Assembly (NCBI RefSeq): GCF_030684315.1
Contig: NC_081363.1
Coordinates: forward strand, 50,906,312-50,970,311
Reading direction: 5' to 3'
DNA length: 64,000 nucleotides
Source of the DNA: Stegostoma tigrinum
Taxonomy: Eukaryota
The translations under genes and the position numbers were made by a program. The number at the start of each line of letters is the position of its first letter. Within the stretch, counting starts at the first letter, position 1. Below are positions 50,640 through 63,250 of the stretch, piece after piece. The notes below the pieces were generated by a model. It had not been told where the DNA came from. It made no database searches and was given only the letters and a program-made list of their open reading frames with translations.

Positions 50640-51787
50640 AGATGGTCAATGGTTTGGAGGGGAATTTACAGGTGGCAGTGTTTGCATGTCCTTGTCACTG
50701 CCCTTGTCCTTCTGGTTGGTAGAAATCATAGGCTTGGACCATGTCCTCCAAAGAGTCTTGGTGAAGAGTTGCGTCTTGCAGATAGCACAGTGTACTGTTA
50801 CTTATCATTGGTGGCAGAAAGACTGAATGTTTGTGGATGTAGTTCAAATCAAATTGGCTACTTGGTCCTGGACAGTGTCTGCACCTTCAGTTTTGTTGGA
50901 GCTGCACTCATCCAGGCAAGTGAAAAATATTCTGCCACACTCTGGACTGTAAAGATGACAGCCACGCTTTGGGGAGTCAGGAAGTGAGATTTCTGCTGCA
51001 AGATTCCTAGCTGCTGATGTGCCTTTGGAGTCATCAAATTCTACTTAAATTCAGTTTCTGGAGAATGGTTATCCCAAGGATGTTGATCGTGAAGAATTCA
51101 ATGATAGTGAAGCCGTTGAATGTAAGAGATTATTGTTGAATTCTGTCTTTTTGGAGATGGTCTTTGCCTAGCACTTGAGTGGTCCAAATGTTTCTTGCAT
51201 TTGTCAGTCCAAACCTTGATATTGCCCAGGTCTTGCCGCATATAGACATGGACCACTCCAGGGTCTGAGGAATTGTGAATGTTGCTGAACATTGTCCAGT
51301 CTTTAATGAACATCTCCAAATCTGCCTTTATGATTCAGGGAAGGTTAGTGATGAATCAGCTGAAAATGGTTGGCCTTGGGCACTACCCTGAGGAACTCCT
51401 GCAGAAATGTCCTCGAGCTGTGATGACTGACCTTCAATCAACAACCATCTCTCTATGTGCTAGCTATGACATCAACCAGTCAAGCATTTTCTCTATTTCC
51501 CATTGAGCTAGAGCTCTTTGATGCCACACTTTGTCAAATGCAGTCTTGATGTCAAGGGCAGGCACTTTCACCTTTACCTCTGGAATTCAGGACTTTTGTC
51601 CATGTTTGACCTGAGGCTGTAATGAGAACCTGAGTTGAGTGACCTTAAGAAAACCAAAATACTGCTAAGGAAGTGTTGCTTGATAGCACTTTTGATGAAC
51701 CATTCCATATCCATACAGCTGGTTGAGAATGGGCTGATGGGGCAGTAATTCGCTTGTTTGGGCTTGTCCTGCCTTTTGTTTTCAGGG
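50640..51787 (-). mobile_element. CR1-group LINE (second family), interrupted by a young CR1; resumes ~53646-53722
   Basis: Homologous to 23270-24240; the host continuation TGGGC...TTTTCACATGGTTGAGTAGATGTCAGTGTTG lies beyond the young CR1. Confidence 0.75.
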
Positions 51788-53645
51788 CATAGAACATAGA
51801 ACATTACAGCACAGTACAGGCCCTTCAGCCCTCGATGTTGTGCCGACCTGTCATACCGATCTCAAGCCCATCTAACCTACACTATTCCATGTACGTCCAT
51901 ATGCTTATCCAATGACGACTTAAATGTCCCTAAAGTTGGCGAATCTACTACCGTTGCAGGCAAAGCGTTCCATTCCCTTACTACTCTCTGAGTAAAGAAA
52001 CTATTTCTGACATCTGTCCTATATCTTTCACCCCTCAATTTAAAGCTATGCCCCCTCGTGCTCGCCGTCACCATCCTAGGAAAAAGGCTCTCCCTATCCA
52101 CCCTATCTAACCCTCTGATTATTTTATATGTTTCAATTAAATCACCTCTCAACCTTCTTCTCTCTAATGAAAATAGCCTCAAGTCCCTCAGCCTTTCCTC
52201 GTAAGACCTTCCCTCCATACCAGGCAACATCCTAGTAAATCTCCTCTGCACTCTTTCCAAAGCTTCCACATCCTTCTTATAATGCGGTGACCAGAACCGT
52301 ACGCAATACTCCAAGTGGGGCCGCACCACAGTTTTGTACAGCTTCACCATAACCTCTTGGTTCCGGAACTCGATCCCTCTATTAATAAAAGCTAAAACAC
52401 TGTATGCCTTCTTAACAGCCCTGTCAACCTGGGTGGCAACTTTCAAGGATCTGTGTACATGGACACCGAGATCTCTCTGCTCATCTACACTACTAAGAAT
52501 CTTACCGTGAGCCCTGTACTTTGCCTTCCAGTTACTCCTACCAAAGTGCATCACCTCACACTTGTCTGCATTAAACTCCATTTGCCACCTCTCAGCCCAG
52601 CTCTGCTGCTTATCTATGTCTCTCTGCAACCTACAGCATCCTTTGTCACTATCCACAACTCCACCGACCTTAGCGTCATCTGCAAATTTACTAACCCATC
52701 CTTCTACGCCCTCATCCAGGTCATTTACAAAAATGACAAACAACAGTGGACCCAAACCGACCCTTGCGGTACACCACTAGTAACTGGTCTCCGGGATGAA
52801 CATTTCCCATCAACTACCACCCTCTGTCTTCTTTCAGCAAGCCAATTTCTGATCCAAACTGCTCATCTCCCACAATTCCATTCCTCCGCATTTTGTATAA
52901 TAGCCTATTGTGGGGAACCTTATCAAATGCCTTGCTGAAATCCATACACACCACATCAACTGGTTTACTGGCATCTACCTGTTTGGTCACCTTCTCAAAG
53001 AACTCAATAAGGTTCGTGAGGCACGACCTTCCCTTCACAAAACCGTGCTGACTATCCCTAATCAATTTATTCTTTTCTAGATGATTATAAATTCTATCCC
53101 TTATAACCTTTTCCAACACTTTACCAACAACTGAGGTAAGGCTCACTGGTCTATAATTACCAGGGTTGTCTCTACTGCCCTTCTTGAACAGGGGAACCAC
53201 ATTTGCTGTTCTCCAGTCATCTGGCACTATTCCTGTAGACAATGACGAGTTAAAGATCAATGCCAAAGGCTCGGCAATCTCCTCCCTGGCTTCCCAGAGG
53301 ATCCGAGGATAAATCCCATCCGGCCCAGGGGACTTATCTATCTTCACCCTCTGAAGGATTTCTAATACCTCTTCCTTGTGAACCTCAAAACCACCTAGTC
53401 TAGTAGCCTGTATCTCAGTATTCTCCTCAACAACATTGTCGTTTTCTAGAGTGAATACTGTCAAAAAATATCTCATCTGACTCCACACACAACTTACCAC
53501 TACTATCCTTGATTGGGTCTAATCTTACTTTCGCCATTCTTTTATTCCTTAAATACCAATAGAAAGCCTTAGGGTTTACCCTGATCCTATCTGCCAACAA
53601 CTTCTCATGTCTCCTCCTGGGTCTTCTGAGCTCTCTCTTTAGGGC
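51788..53645 (-). mobile_element. Young 5'-truncated CR1 LINE with near-complete RT (frameshifted)
   Basis: ORFs 52814-53500 and 51877-52755: [74 protein letters not shown]; tail TGTTCTATGTTCTATG. Confidence 0.96.
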
Positions 53646-53721
53646 TTGGGCTCTTTTTCACATGGTTGAGTAGATGTCAGTGTTGCAGCTTTTCGAGAAA
53701 CAGCTTGAATCGGGACATGGC

Positions 53722-54545
53722 AAGTTGGCAATATTACTCTCATTTTCTACATCCAATTCATTAAAATATATACTGTTAATAATCATGGCCCCAACACTGA
53801 TTTCTGTGACAATCCAATAGTTAGTATTGTCAAGTTGAAAATGCACATTTTATTGCAACTCTGCACTTTCTATTAGTTAGCCAATCCTCTATCCATGCAA
53901 ATATACTATTCCCAATACCGTGGCTTGTATTCTATGTACGTAACCTTATTGAATATCTTTTTCAGTTTCAAATATATCTTATCTGTTGACTTCCCTTTAT
54001 CTATCTGGCTTGTTACCTCCTTAAAATCTATAATAACTTTTGGCAGGCATAATTTCCTTTCATGAACTTGTGCCATCTCTGCTGGATTTTATTATGTATT
54101 TCTAAATGCTCCATTATTACTTATTTTATAATAGACTCTAGTATATTCCCCATGACAGATGTTAAGCTATCTGGCCTATTGTCAGTTGTTTTTTGTCTTC
54201 GTCCCTTTTTGAATAAGGGTGTTACCTTGGCAGTTTTCCAAATCACTGGGACCTCTCCCAAACATAAGGATTCATGAAAGATTACTGCTAGAGCATCCAC
54301 TATCTCTGTAGTTATTTCCTTTAATATCCTGGGATGTAGTCAACAGGCCCACAGAACCTATCACCCTTTTGTCCCATTAGGTCCAATAGTACTTTTTCTC
54401 TTGTGACAGTTATTGTATTTATTTTCTCCTCAATCCCCTCTTAAACTGTATGATTATTTATTATTTTTGGAATGTTATTCATGTCCTCTCTCATGAAAAC
54501 TGATGAAAAGTATTTGTTCAACTCCTCTGCCATATCCTGGTTACT
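53722..54545 (-). mobile_element. Older CR1 LINE ORF2 fragment
   Basis: Minus-strand WKTAKVTPLFKKG...LSLTSVMGNILE and YFNELD motifs. Confidence 0.75.
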
Positions 54546-56514
54546 TTTTTTCTGCTTTTCACATTTTTTTATTTTTAGTTTTTGATTTACTGCCACTTAT
54601 CTCAATGTGTGCCAGATAATACAAATTCTACTGTGTTTTGAAATTGGATGACATGTCACTATTTTTATAAAAAGGCTCAATATATAAACAAAATTTATTT
54701 TGTTACTTTGTTCCTCAGAGCACCATATTGTCAACTAATGAGCACAAACATCTCATGTGGGCTCCCTGTGATGAGCCATCTGGAAGTTGAATAGAAATAA
54801 GAACTAAATATTTAAATTTTTATAATCTACATATTCTGCCGATCATTTGATCTCACTGGTGTGCTATATATCCTAGCAGTTGGTACTGGGCTCATGACTT
54901 TGTGTGTGAGCTTTCTTATTAGAGTAAAATATATCAATATTATAGTTGTTTGTGATCCAATAAACTTAACTAGACAAAACTAAACTCAACCAGCTAGCAC
55001 TATTAACAACTCAGCCTGAATTACTTACTGAAATTAATATTCAGTTTTCTTTTGCAGTTTAAAGAATTTTTATAAAATGTGCCAATTTGATGCAAGATGG
55101 TATAAACAATTGTTCATTGTGATGATAGGTATTGTAATATATGTGCCATATGAATATCCAAATCAGCATGTAGATTTGCAGAATATGATGCTCACTGTTC
55201 TGACATAGTTTTTAAATGTAGCATATAACCACATTTAAATCACAGAGATGGTGCCAAAAAAATATTGTAGGGACTAGATTCAGGAGCAAACCTTCCAATG
55301 AAGTCCTTCCTTCTGTTACAAATTCAACCATTTTGAGCACGGGTTTTATTCTCATGATACTGGTAGTTTGTTCTTGTTTGAGCTTGGAAGGAGATTTTGC
55401 CTCCAGATAAGGAGCATTCTATGGTAATTTTTGGTTATTGCTTCCTGCCATGTTATCATTGACGGATGAATTTATACTGTAAATATTATGAACATTAGCC
55501 AGTATGAATATGGATTCCATTCTTTGCTTCTCTGTTTTACCCCTTATTTCAACACATGGTACATCAAGTGATGTCTGTGGCCAAGAAGGGAAGCATAGCT
55601 TGGTCTGGGTTACTAACCAAAGTAATTGAAGCTCATTTCCTAGAATGCGACTATTTAAAACAAAAACTCATCTATGCTAGGAGAAAGATTGTCTTTGATT
55701 GGCAACATCCTATCTTACAGTATCTCTCTCTTGGTGACTGGAACTTAACACTTTATTCAAACTGCATTCTGACCTAAGCAACGTAAAGTTTCATCCCTTC
55801 CTTCTCTGATCAATATTCTGTTTGGACTGTGTACTTTGACATCCTAATCTACTGTTGCTGAGCCATGGCTGTGCATTTTAGGTCTCTTCTAATTTTATCC
55901 ATTGCAAGTACCAGCAGATGCATGATGGACTGAATGGCTTCCTTCATGATTCTCTGATTTGAAACCAATCATACAATGTGTATCATCTATGTTTTCTTCC
56001 CTGACTTTGATACTTTACATTTACTTGCATTAATGTTATTTGCCATTGTCTATTCACTTATATTTTACATTTACTTACACTTATACATACATTCACTTAC
56101 TATCCACTTCCAACAGTAATTTCCAAGTCACCTATTGAAATTTCATTGGCCCCCTGGCTTGACTTCATCTGAATATTTGGCCTAACTGCAATACATTTCT
56201 AAACCCAGTTCAGATGACCACAGGTGTATTAGAATTTCACTTGCTGGATACCACTTGTGTACAAATCTGATGTTCCTTTCCCCCATGTGTTTAACACTGA
56301 GTGCAGAAATTAATTGTAATGACTAGGCAACTGGCTTTTTGCATCTTGGTTTAACATTTTTTTGGTATTGTACAGGAAGGATCAAGTATGTAAGGAGTTA
56401 ACAGCTAAAGCTATGCTGTGCTCTTGTCATTGATTTGAACCATTATGCTTGTCTGTTAGATTTTGCTCTGTGTAAGCTTGTTTCGCTTCACACACTATGG
56501 GTTGATTTATTCAC

Positions 56515-56620
56515 AAACAAAAACAGAAGTTGGTGGAAAAAGTCAGCAGGTCTGGCAGCATCTGTGAAGAAAACAAAATCAGAGTTAATGTTTCAGGTGC
56601 GGTGACCCTTCCTCAGAATG
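56515..56620 (-). mobile_element. PLE terminal fragment with hammerhead-like core (56587-56616)
   Basis: Minus: CUGAGGA-AGGGUCACCGCACCU-GAAAC-AUU-AAC; both boxes intact, stem II imperfect. Confidence 0.65.
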
Positions 56621-57928
56621 GCAGGAAGGGTTGATTGCTTAATTAATTAATCCATTTGAGGGAGCCACTGTTTATAATTCTAAATATCTTGTTAGAAGTG
56701 GTTGCATAGTTCCTTGATCTATGTGATATTAGATAACATAACAAATGATATTCCGTTCAACTTCTACAGCAGGCTATGTAGGCAGACTCCCTGGACATGC
56801 ATCAAAGAATGGCTCCTCAATCTAGGATCACCTTTACATACAGAAGACTCTCACATGTTGGCAAGAGTTGCATTGCAGCAGCTAGTAGACAGATCTTTGT
56901 TATACTGTCTGTGGCACAGTCACATTTATCTAGACATTGGGCTAAGTAACATTGAAACAACAAACTGATTGGAGAGGCCAAAATCATACAGGCACATTAT
57001 GGATCTCACTCTGTCCAACAAGTTAAAGGAAAGAAAGCAGTTCTGGATGGGGTGCCCTCAAGAGTCAAGTATTAAGGCAGCCAATGGCATTCAAGCTTCT
57101 CTTGATCCCATAATCATTTATAATGATTTGGAGCTTCTTTGTGAGAATATTGGTATTTTTAAATTATATTGAGATTCCAGGATGTCTTTGGACTCAGTTT
57201 GCAAGAATTACTGAAGATCATCCCTGAATCTGGCAAGCATTTGGTCTGTGCATGTGTAGGCCATAACTTAAATGGCAGACCTTGATGTTGACAGTCATAG
57301 AGTAGTAACAGCTTCAATCCTATCTTTGCCAAATGTCTAGTTCCCACCTGGCAGAAGGGATAAAACTCAGCCTCAACTTTTCCTTCCTTTGTAGCTGTTA
57401 AGAATGATGAGTATGAAGGCCATTCAGGCTTTGTCTAGGGAGTAACTAAAATGATTGCTCTGTGCTGAAAATGCACTGCATGAATAATCAACATTATCCT
57501 GCTGTTTACTTCGATTTAATCTAGATTTAGCAATATTCAATATTAATTAGGTGATCTCTAACTACAATTTGCAGGACTATGGCTTTGATGCATGATGGTA
57601 TTAATAATTTGAAAGAAGATTCTCTATACTGAAGTTCTTGTTCTTTCAAATTTACAGTCACATTTAGTGATTGCCATTTCTTAACCAAGGTACTGGCATT
57701 CAATCTATTCACAGTCTGCAATGTTGCAATTCAGTGACTAATTAAAAGTTGTATAACAATATTTCAGTACAAATGTATCAATGATTTAAACCTTATTCCT
57801 CATTGGAAACACTTATCCAGAGTTTTGTTCACATGGTGAGGCACAGTTTTAATTTTGTGTGCCTTTATTAGGTGATTGTTTCCTATTATCTACATCCTAT
57901 GCATTGCACTACCAACACAGCTTAATGC

Positions 57929-58283
57929 TCGACCATGTCCTGAAGCCAACCTGTCTCTGCCTCCCTAACCGGTTCTTCCTCTCACCCATCCCTTCCTCCC
58001 ACCCCAAGCCGCACCCCCAGCTACCTACTAACCTCATCCCACCTCCTTGACCTGTCCGTCTTCCCTGGACTGACCTATCCCCTCCCTACCTCCCCACCTA
58101 CACTCTCTCCACCTATCTTCTTTACTCTCCATCTTCGGTCCGCCTCCCCCTCTCTCCCTATTTATTCCAGTTCCCTCCCCCCATCCCCCTCTCTGATGAA
58201 GGGTCTAGGCCCAAAACTTCAGCTTTTGTGCTCCTGAGATGCTGCTTGGCCTGCTGTGTTCATCCAGCCTCACATTTCATTAT
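57929..58283 (+). mobile_element. PLE 3' terminal repeat (polypyrimidine tract + hammerhead core 58193-58220)
   Basis: CTGATGAAGGGTCTAGGCCCAAAAC as at 35922; flanked by CTTAATGC at 57921-57928 and 58284-58291. Confidence 0.8.
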
Positions 58284-59959
58284 CTTAATGCATGTTTGTG
58301 TCTCTGCTTATGTGTGGACTGTATACAGTTTTATCCTTGATGAAATATTAAGCTTGTTAACTGTCACGTATAATGAGACCTTTCATGCCACTAACCAGTT
58401 AATCAGCTGACTGGATCAGTCATATGTGAGAAAGTAAACTCAATCATTCAACTTAATCTAATGCATATGAGTTTAATTTTGAATTGATTCATTTTTAAAT
58501 CAATTTAATCCAATTCATATAAAGACGGGAACTGAAACAAATTCTTTAGCCAGCTGTTCGGAACTATCTTAACAAAGGATTAATTTCCAAACTCTTAAAG
58601 ATGTGACACCAGTTGATCTTAAAAAAAATTACACAGCAGACGAAAGTGTGTAATTGTGTGGTTGAATGAATCATGGTTCAGCCATTTTGGTAGGTTCAGC
58701 TGCATTTGCAGAGTTACACTATTGGCACTGACTATATTCTTTCTGTTTGGTGCTGCTGTACTACACATGAATTCCATTGCAAATGCGAAAAATGAGCTTT
58801 GCAACAGACACAAAACAATGATTATTCAGACAGCTGTGATAATGTAATGTTGTTTTTGAACAGCTGCTTTTTATTTCTGCTCATGAATTAAGGAACATTT
58901 TGGCTCAAATCCTACTTGCATGTAGTGCTGCATCTGTAAAGTAAGATTAGAGATAACATTCATTTTGGGATTAATTTTCCTCATTTACAAGGACTGTCTT
59001 TTCGCAATTTTTAATCTGAAATCAGTCTACAAACATTCACTGCATAAACATTTTTCCTTCCATTTCATTTTTCTTCTCTGCATAAACTAAATCTTTACCC
59101 ACCATTCTGAGTCCAGTAGGACTTGTGGTTCAGTTATTTTAGTCTAGCATCTTCCAATGAAGCTTACAAGCTGGACATTCACAGTTGTAGGATGTATTCC
59201 AGCATAAATTAAATCAGAAGAGTACTGCACTGCAGAGTACTAATCATGAATATATGACTGAGGAGATCAAGTCAATCCATGTCTTGTCACTTTAACTGCA
59301 TAAATATTGTCAAGATAATTTGTTTTTGAAAATTCTCTGGGAAATGATTCTCTATCATTATATCAACTCTGCAAATTTTGACTTAAATAACATTCTTCTT
59401 TATTCCTCAAAATGAAGATACCGAGCAAGGGTGTCTTTGCTTTCATTAAATTATCATGCAACTATTTCAATGACAACAAAAGCAAAGTATTGCAAATTCT
59501 AGAAAGTTGAAGAAAAAAGAGAAAAATACAATAAACATTCAACTGAACAGGCAGGACCTGAGGGGAGAAAAATGGATAATTCAATTTCTGTCAGAGTCAG
59601 AGAGAGAAACTGGGAACCAGAAAAATCAAATTTAAGCAATATGTAATTGTTAGAATGTAGGGCACATATTGGAGGGGAGTTGCTTGACTGTTACATGACT
59701 TCTTAAAGGAGGAATCAGTGGATTCTTTGAAATAGCTTATTCTGTACTGACCCTTAGCTTCACCTAGCTCTCATATGTGGCTTCAAGTAGTTAGCATGCA
59801 ATCAGTTCCAGTAAACATACTTTGACCCTTAGAAACTTTGGGATATGTCTGCATTGGCATGCAAAGTCTGATTCTGGTGGACTGGGCAGATCTAAGGTCC
59901 AATGATCTTGGAGGTGAGCCAGATTGTGTTGTGTAATGTGCAGAGCTCAACTAGCTGCA

Positions 59960-60064
59960 GAAAATGCTGAAAACATCAAATGTTGGAGATCACAGCAGGT
60001 CAGGCAGCATCTGTAGAAAGAGAGAGCAAGTTAACATTTTGAGTCTAGATCACACTGCATCAGA
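59960..60064 (-). mobile_element. PLE terminal fragment, degenerate hammerhead
   Basis: CAGCAGGTCAGGCAGCATCTGT...GTTAACATTTTGAGTCTAG...CATCAG layout as in other copies. Confidence 0.55.
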
Positions 60065-60239
60065 AAATGTTCTGGTCACCCAATGCATCCAGATCTAACT
60101 GCAGCCTCGTTTCTAGACCAAGCTAGGCCAGGTCAAAAGAGAAAGGCTTACAGAAGAGTAAGGACACCCAACACACACTCATCATTTATACATCATCTGT
60201 TTCATCCACTTTCAATCATCTCTCATCCATCATCGATTA

Positions 60240-61660
60240 TCGTCCCCAGAGTCCTTTGGTGAAGTGAGAAGAGGTGTAGCAGCAGGTATGGATTCATTTG
60301 GAGGCTGCAGCTGTGAACATGCACACAGGTGGCTTGGGGCATGAGGTCATTTTTCATTGGAAAGAAGGAGTATTGGAACTCTGCTGTCCTCCTTAATTAC
60401 TGATTGGCCCTTTTCAGGACCACACTGTTCACCTCCTTGGAATGACGAATCAACTAGAAAGGATGTCCTAACAGTGTCTATTTTACCTCTTCAGCCAATA
60501 GGCAGCAGTTGACAGAAATTCCATTAAAGGATTTGTAAGTCAATCTCAAAAAAGAAAAAAGAAACTGTCACTATTGGCGGATGAAACTTCGGTACCATCA
60601 TGGACAACCTCTCAGCTGACTGGCCTAAGAATAGAGCTAGCCTGGTCAGCCGAGAGCTGGATACAATGAGCTAAGTATAATCCAGATCACTGCCCTCAGT
60701 GAGACCCAACTATCTGAGGAGAGACGTCGTAAGGAAACTGGTGCAGATAATATATTCTTTTGGAGTGGACCTGGAACAGAAGAACAGTGCAAAGCTGCTT
60801 TCAGCTGTTGCTACAATGAACCAGGTCATGTTTACTTACCTTCCAAAGTAGGTGTTATTGGTGGTACTTAAACTTGGGCTGCATGGTGACAGTCAAGTAA
60901 CTCTATACATAGTGTGCATGTCTCTGCCATGGCCGAACCTGATGAAGTCAAGAATAAATTCAATGATGACATCTACCTCTTGATTGCTACTCTGCTAAAG
61001 TCAGACAAACTAATCATTCTTGATCCCTCAAAACAAGGGGTGGTACAAATTTCCAGGTGTTAAGAAGGGAATACTGGAAATAAAAAAAGGATTAGCAGTT
61101 GTAACAGCAATGGTGTCCTCTTGCTGAAGATGTTTGCGCAGTATGAGCCCTTAATCACCAACAATTTTCTGCCTAATATTTTGACCAATTCACAGTTGCT
61201 ATAGCGTTAACAAGGGCTACATACTAGCATCAACCTTGTTCATCCATATTTTTCTCTGCCATACTCCTCAGTTCCTTCCACAATGGTGATCTTGACATTG
61301 AAATTATATATTGCATTTATTTCCATCAATCGGAAACAGCAGCAACAAAGATCAAGGTGTCCAAGGAGTTCACAATTCCCTGTTTGTTGATGACTGTTCA
61401 CTAATTGCTGATTTAGAGTGGAACATGCAAGGTAGTATGGACTTGTTCTCCAATGAATGTGACACCTTCAATCTTAACATCAGCATAAAGAAAAGCGAAG
61501 TAATGCACCAACCTATTCTAGGAACTCACTTTCTGAAGCCCAGGGTTTCAGTCCACAACCAATTTCAATCAGCAATGGAGAAGTTCATTTATCTTGGCAG
61601 CACACTCCTTTGAGCTGTTAGTGTTAACAAGACATATGCAAGAATTCCCAAAGATAGTGT
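60240..61660 (+). mobile_element. RTE-clade LINE remnant (AP endonuclease + RT end, internally deleted)
   Basis: TIGG*NFGTIMDN...LVSREL...ITALSETQL...IFFWSG (APE) and ORF 61311-61613 LFVDDCSL...NISIKKSEVMHQP...KFIYLGSTL (RT). Confidence 0.85.
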
Positions 61661-61679
61661 AAGTTTTAACATCCCAGGA

Positions 61680-62830
61680 ACAGCACTGAAGACTTGTACT
61701 CCGGGATTTTCTGTGCCCCTAACCAAGCTGTGCCAATACAGCTACAACATTGGCATCATTCTTTATCCTTTGTTCTATCCAAATATATAGAAAATTGCCC
61801 AGCTATGTTGTGTACCCTAAAAAGGAAGACAAATTCAACCTGGTCAATTAATGCCCTATCAATATAATTTCAAATCATCAGTAATGCGATAAAAGGCATC
61901 ATTAACAGTTCTATGAAACAGCATTTATTTAGCAATAACTTGCTCTCTGAGTCACTCAGCTTCTGGCCTCATCACAGCCTCAGTTCAAGTATGAAAAAAG
62001 AAGCTGAATTCTGGAAGTGAGGTGAGAGTAACCGTGAGACTACAATTGACTGCGTATGGCATCAAGGAGCCCTAGCAAAACTGGAACCAATGGGAATTGG
62101 AGGAAACCTCACTGCTAGTAGGAGTCATACTGGCACAAAGTAAGATGGTTGTGGTTGTTGGAGATAAATCATCTTAGTTGAAGGACATCTCTGCAGGAGT
62201 TCCTCATGGTAGTGACCTAGGCCCAACTATTTTCAGCTGCTTCATCAATGACCTTCTCTCTATCATAAGGTTGGAAATGGGGATGTTCACTAATGATTAC
62301 ACAATGTTCAGCACCATTTGTGACTCCTCAGATACTGAAACAGCTCATGTTAAATGCAACAACATCTGGACAATATCCACATTTGGATTGACAGGTGCCA
62401 ATTAGCATTCATGCTACATAGGTGCCAGGCAATGACCGTCTCCCACAAGAGGAATAACTATTACTTCTTGACATTCAAAGGTATTACCGTCACTGCATCC
62501 CTCACTATCAATATCTTGGGATTTATCATTGACCCAGAAACTGAAATGGACTGGCTATATGAATACTGTGGCTACAAAGCAGGTCAGATGGAAGTAAATC
62601 AATTTCTTGACTCTCCAAAGCCTGCCTGCCATCTACAGAGTGACAATTAGGAGTATCAAATATTCCCCACTTGCCTGAATGAGCATAGATGAGTACAGGT
62701 CCAACAACACTCAAGTAAATTGACACCATCCAGGACAAAGCAGCCTACTTGATTGGCATCACATCCACAAACATTTAGTCTTTCCACCACTAACCCTAAG
62801 TAGCAGCAACATGCACTACAGTGATCGCTA
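61680..62830 (+). mobile_element. CR1-group LINE (second family) RT region
   Basis: ORF 62178-62405: AGVPHGSDLGPTIFSCFINDL...GMFTNDYTMF (degenerate QGSVLGP and FADD motifs). Confidence 0.8.
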
Positions 62831-63000
62831 CATGAAATGTGAACATTCATGGACTGGAAACTTTTTCTGTTGACAAACTCAGCATGTTGTTGATAGGTGC
62901 TCTCAAACCAATATTGGTGCAGTCTAAGGTGCCCTGTACATTGGTAGAAATGGTGGAGATTCCCATTGCCCAAATTGATTGACACACGTCATGGGGAAAG
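62830..63000 (-). mobile_element. Harbinger/HARBI1-like DDE transposase fragment
   Basis: Two frames give NVQGTLDCTNIGLRAP and EFVNRKSFQSMNVH, matching the Harbinger motifs GAIDCTHI.I.AP and NRKG.HS.NVQ. Confidence 0.75.
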
Positions 63001-63134
63001 AATGATCCTGTGAACTGGACAAAACAGCATATGTTGAAGGACTGAAACACAGACTCGGACTGAAAGCAGGCGTGCTGACTTGATGAGGCCAGCAGTTTGC
63101 TGCTGCTGAATTATGTGGATGACCTGAATGTAGC

Positions 63135-63250
63135 TCCTCTATTCAAGAAAGTGGGAGACAGAAAACAGGGAGCTTTGCAGGCCAATTAACCGAACATCTG
63201 TTATAGGAAAAGTACTGAAATATTTTAAGGGGGAATTAGCCAGGCAAATA
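63135..63250 (+). mobile_element. CR1 LINE fragment
   Basis: PLFKKVGDRKQGALQAN*PNICYRK, a degenerate PLFKKG...NYRPVSLTSV motif. Confidence 0.55.

Noticed and set aside
52453-52938. 161-aa plus-strand ORF
   Set aside because: Antisense frame of the CR1 RT
51877-53500. RT as part of a retron, DGR or other prokaryotic RT system
   Set aside because: Motifs, 3'UTR and tail are unambiguously CR1 non-LTR retrotransposon
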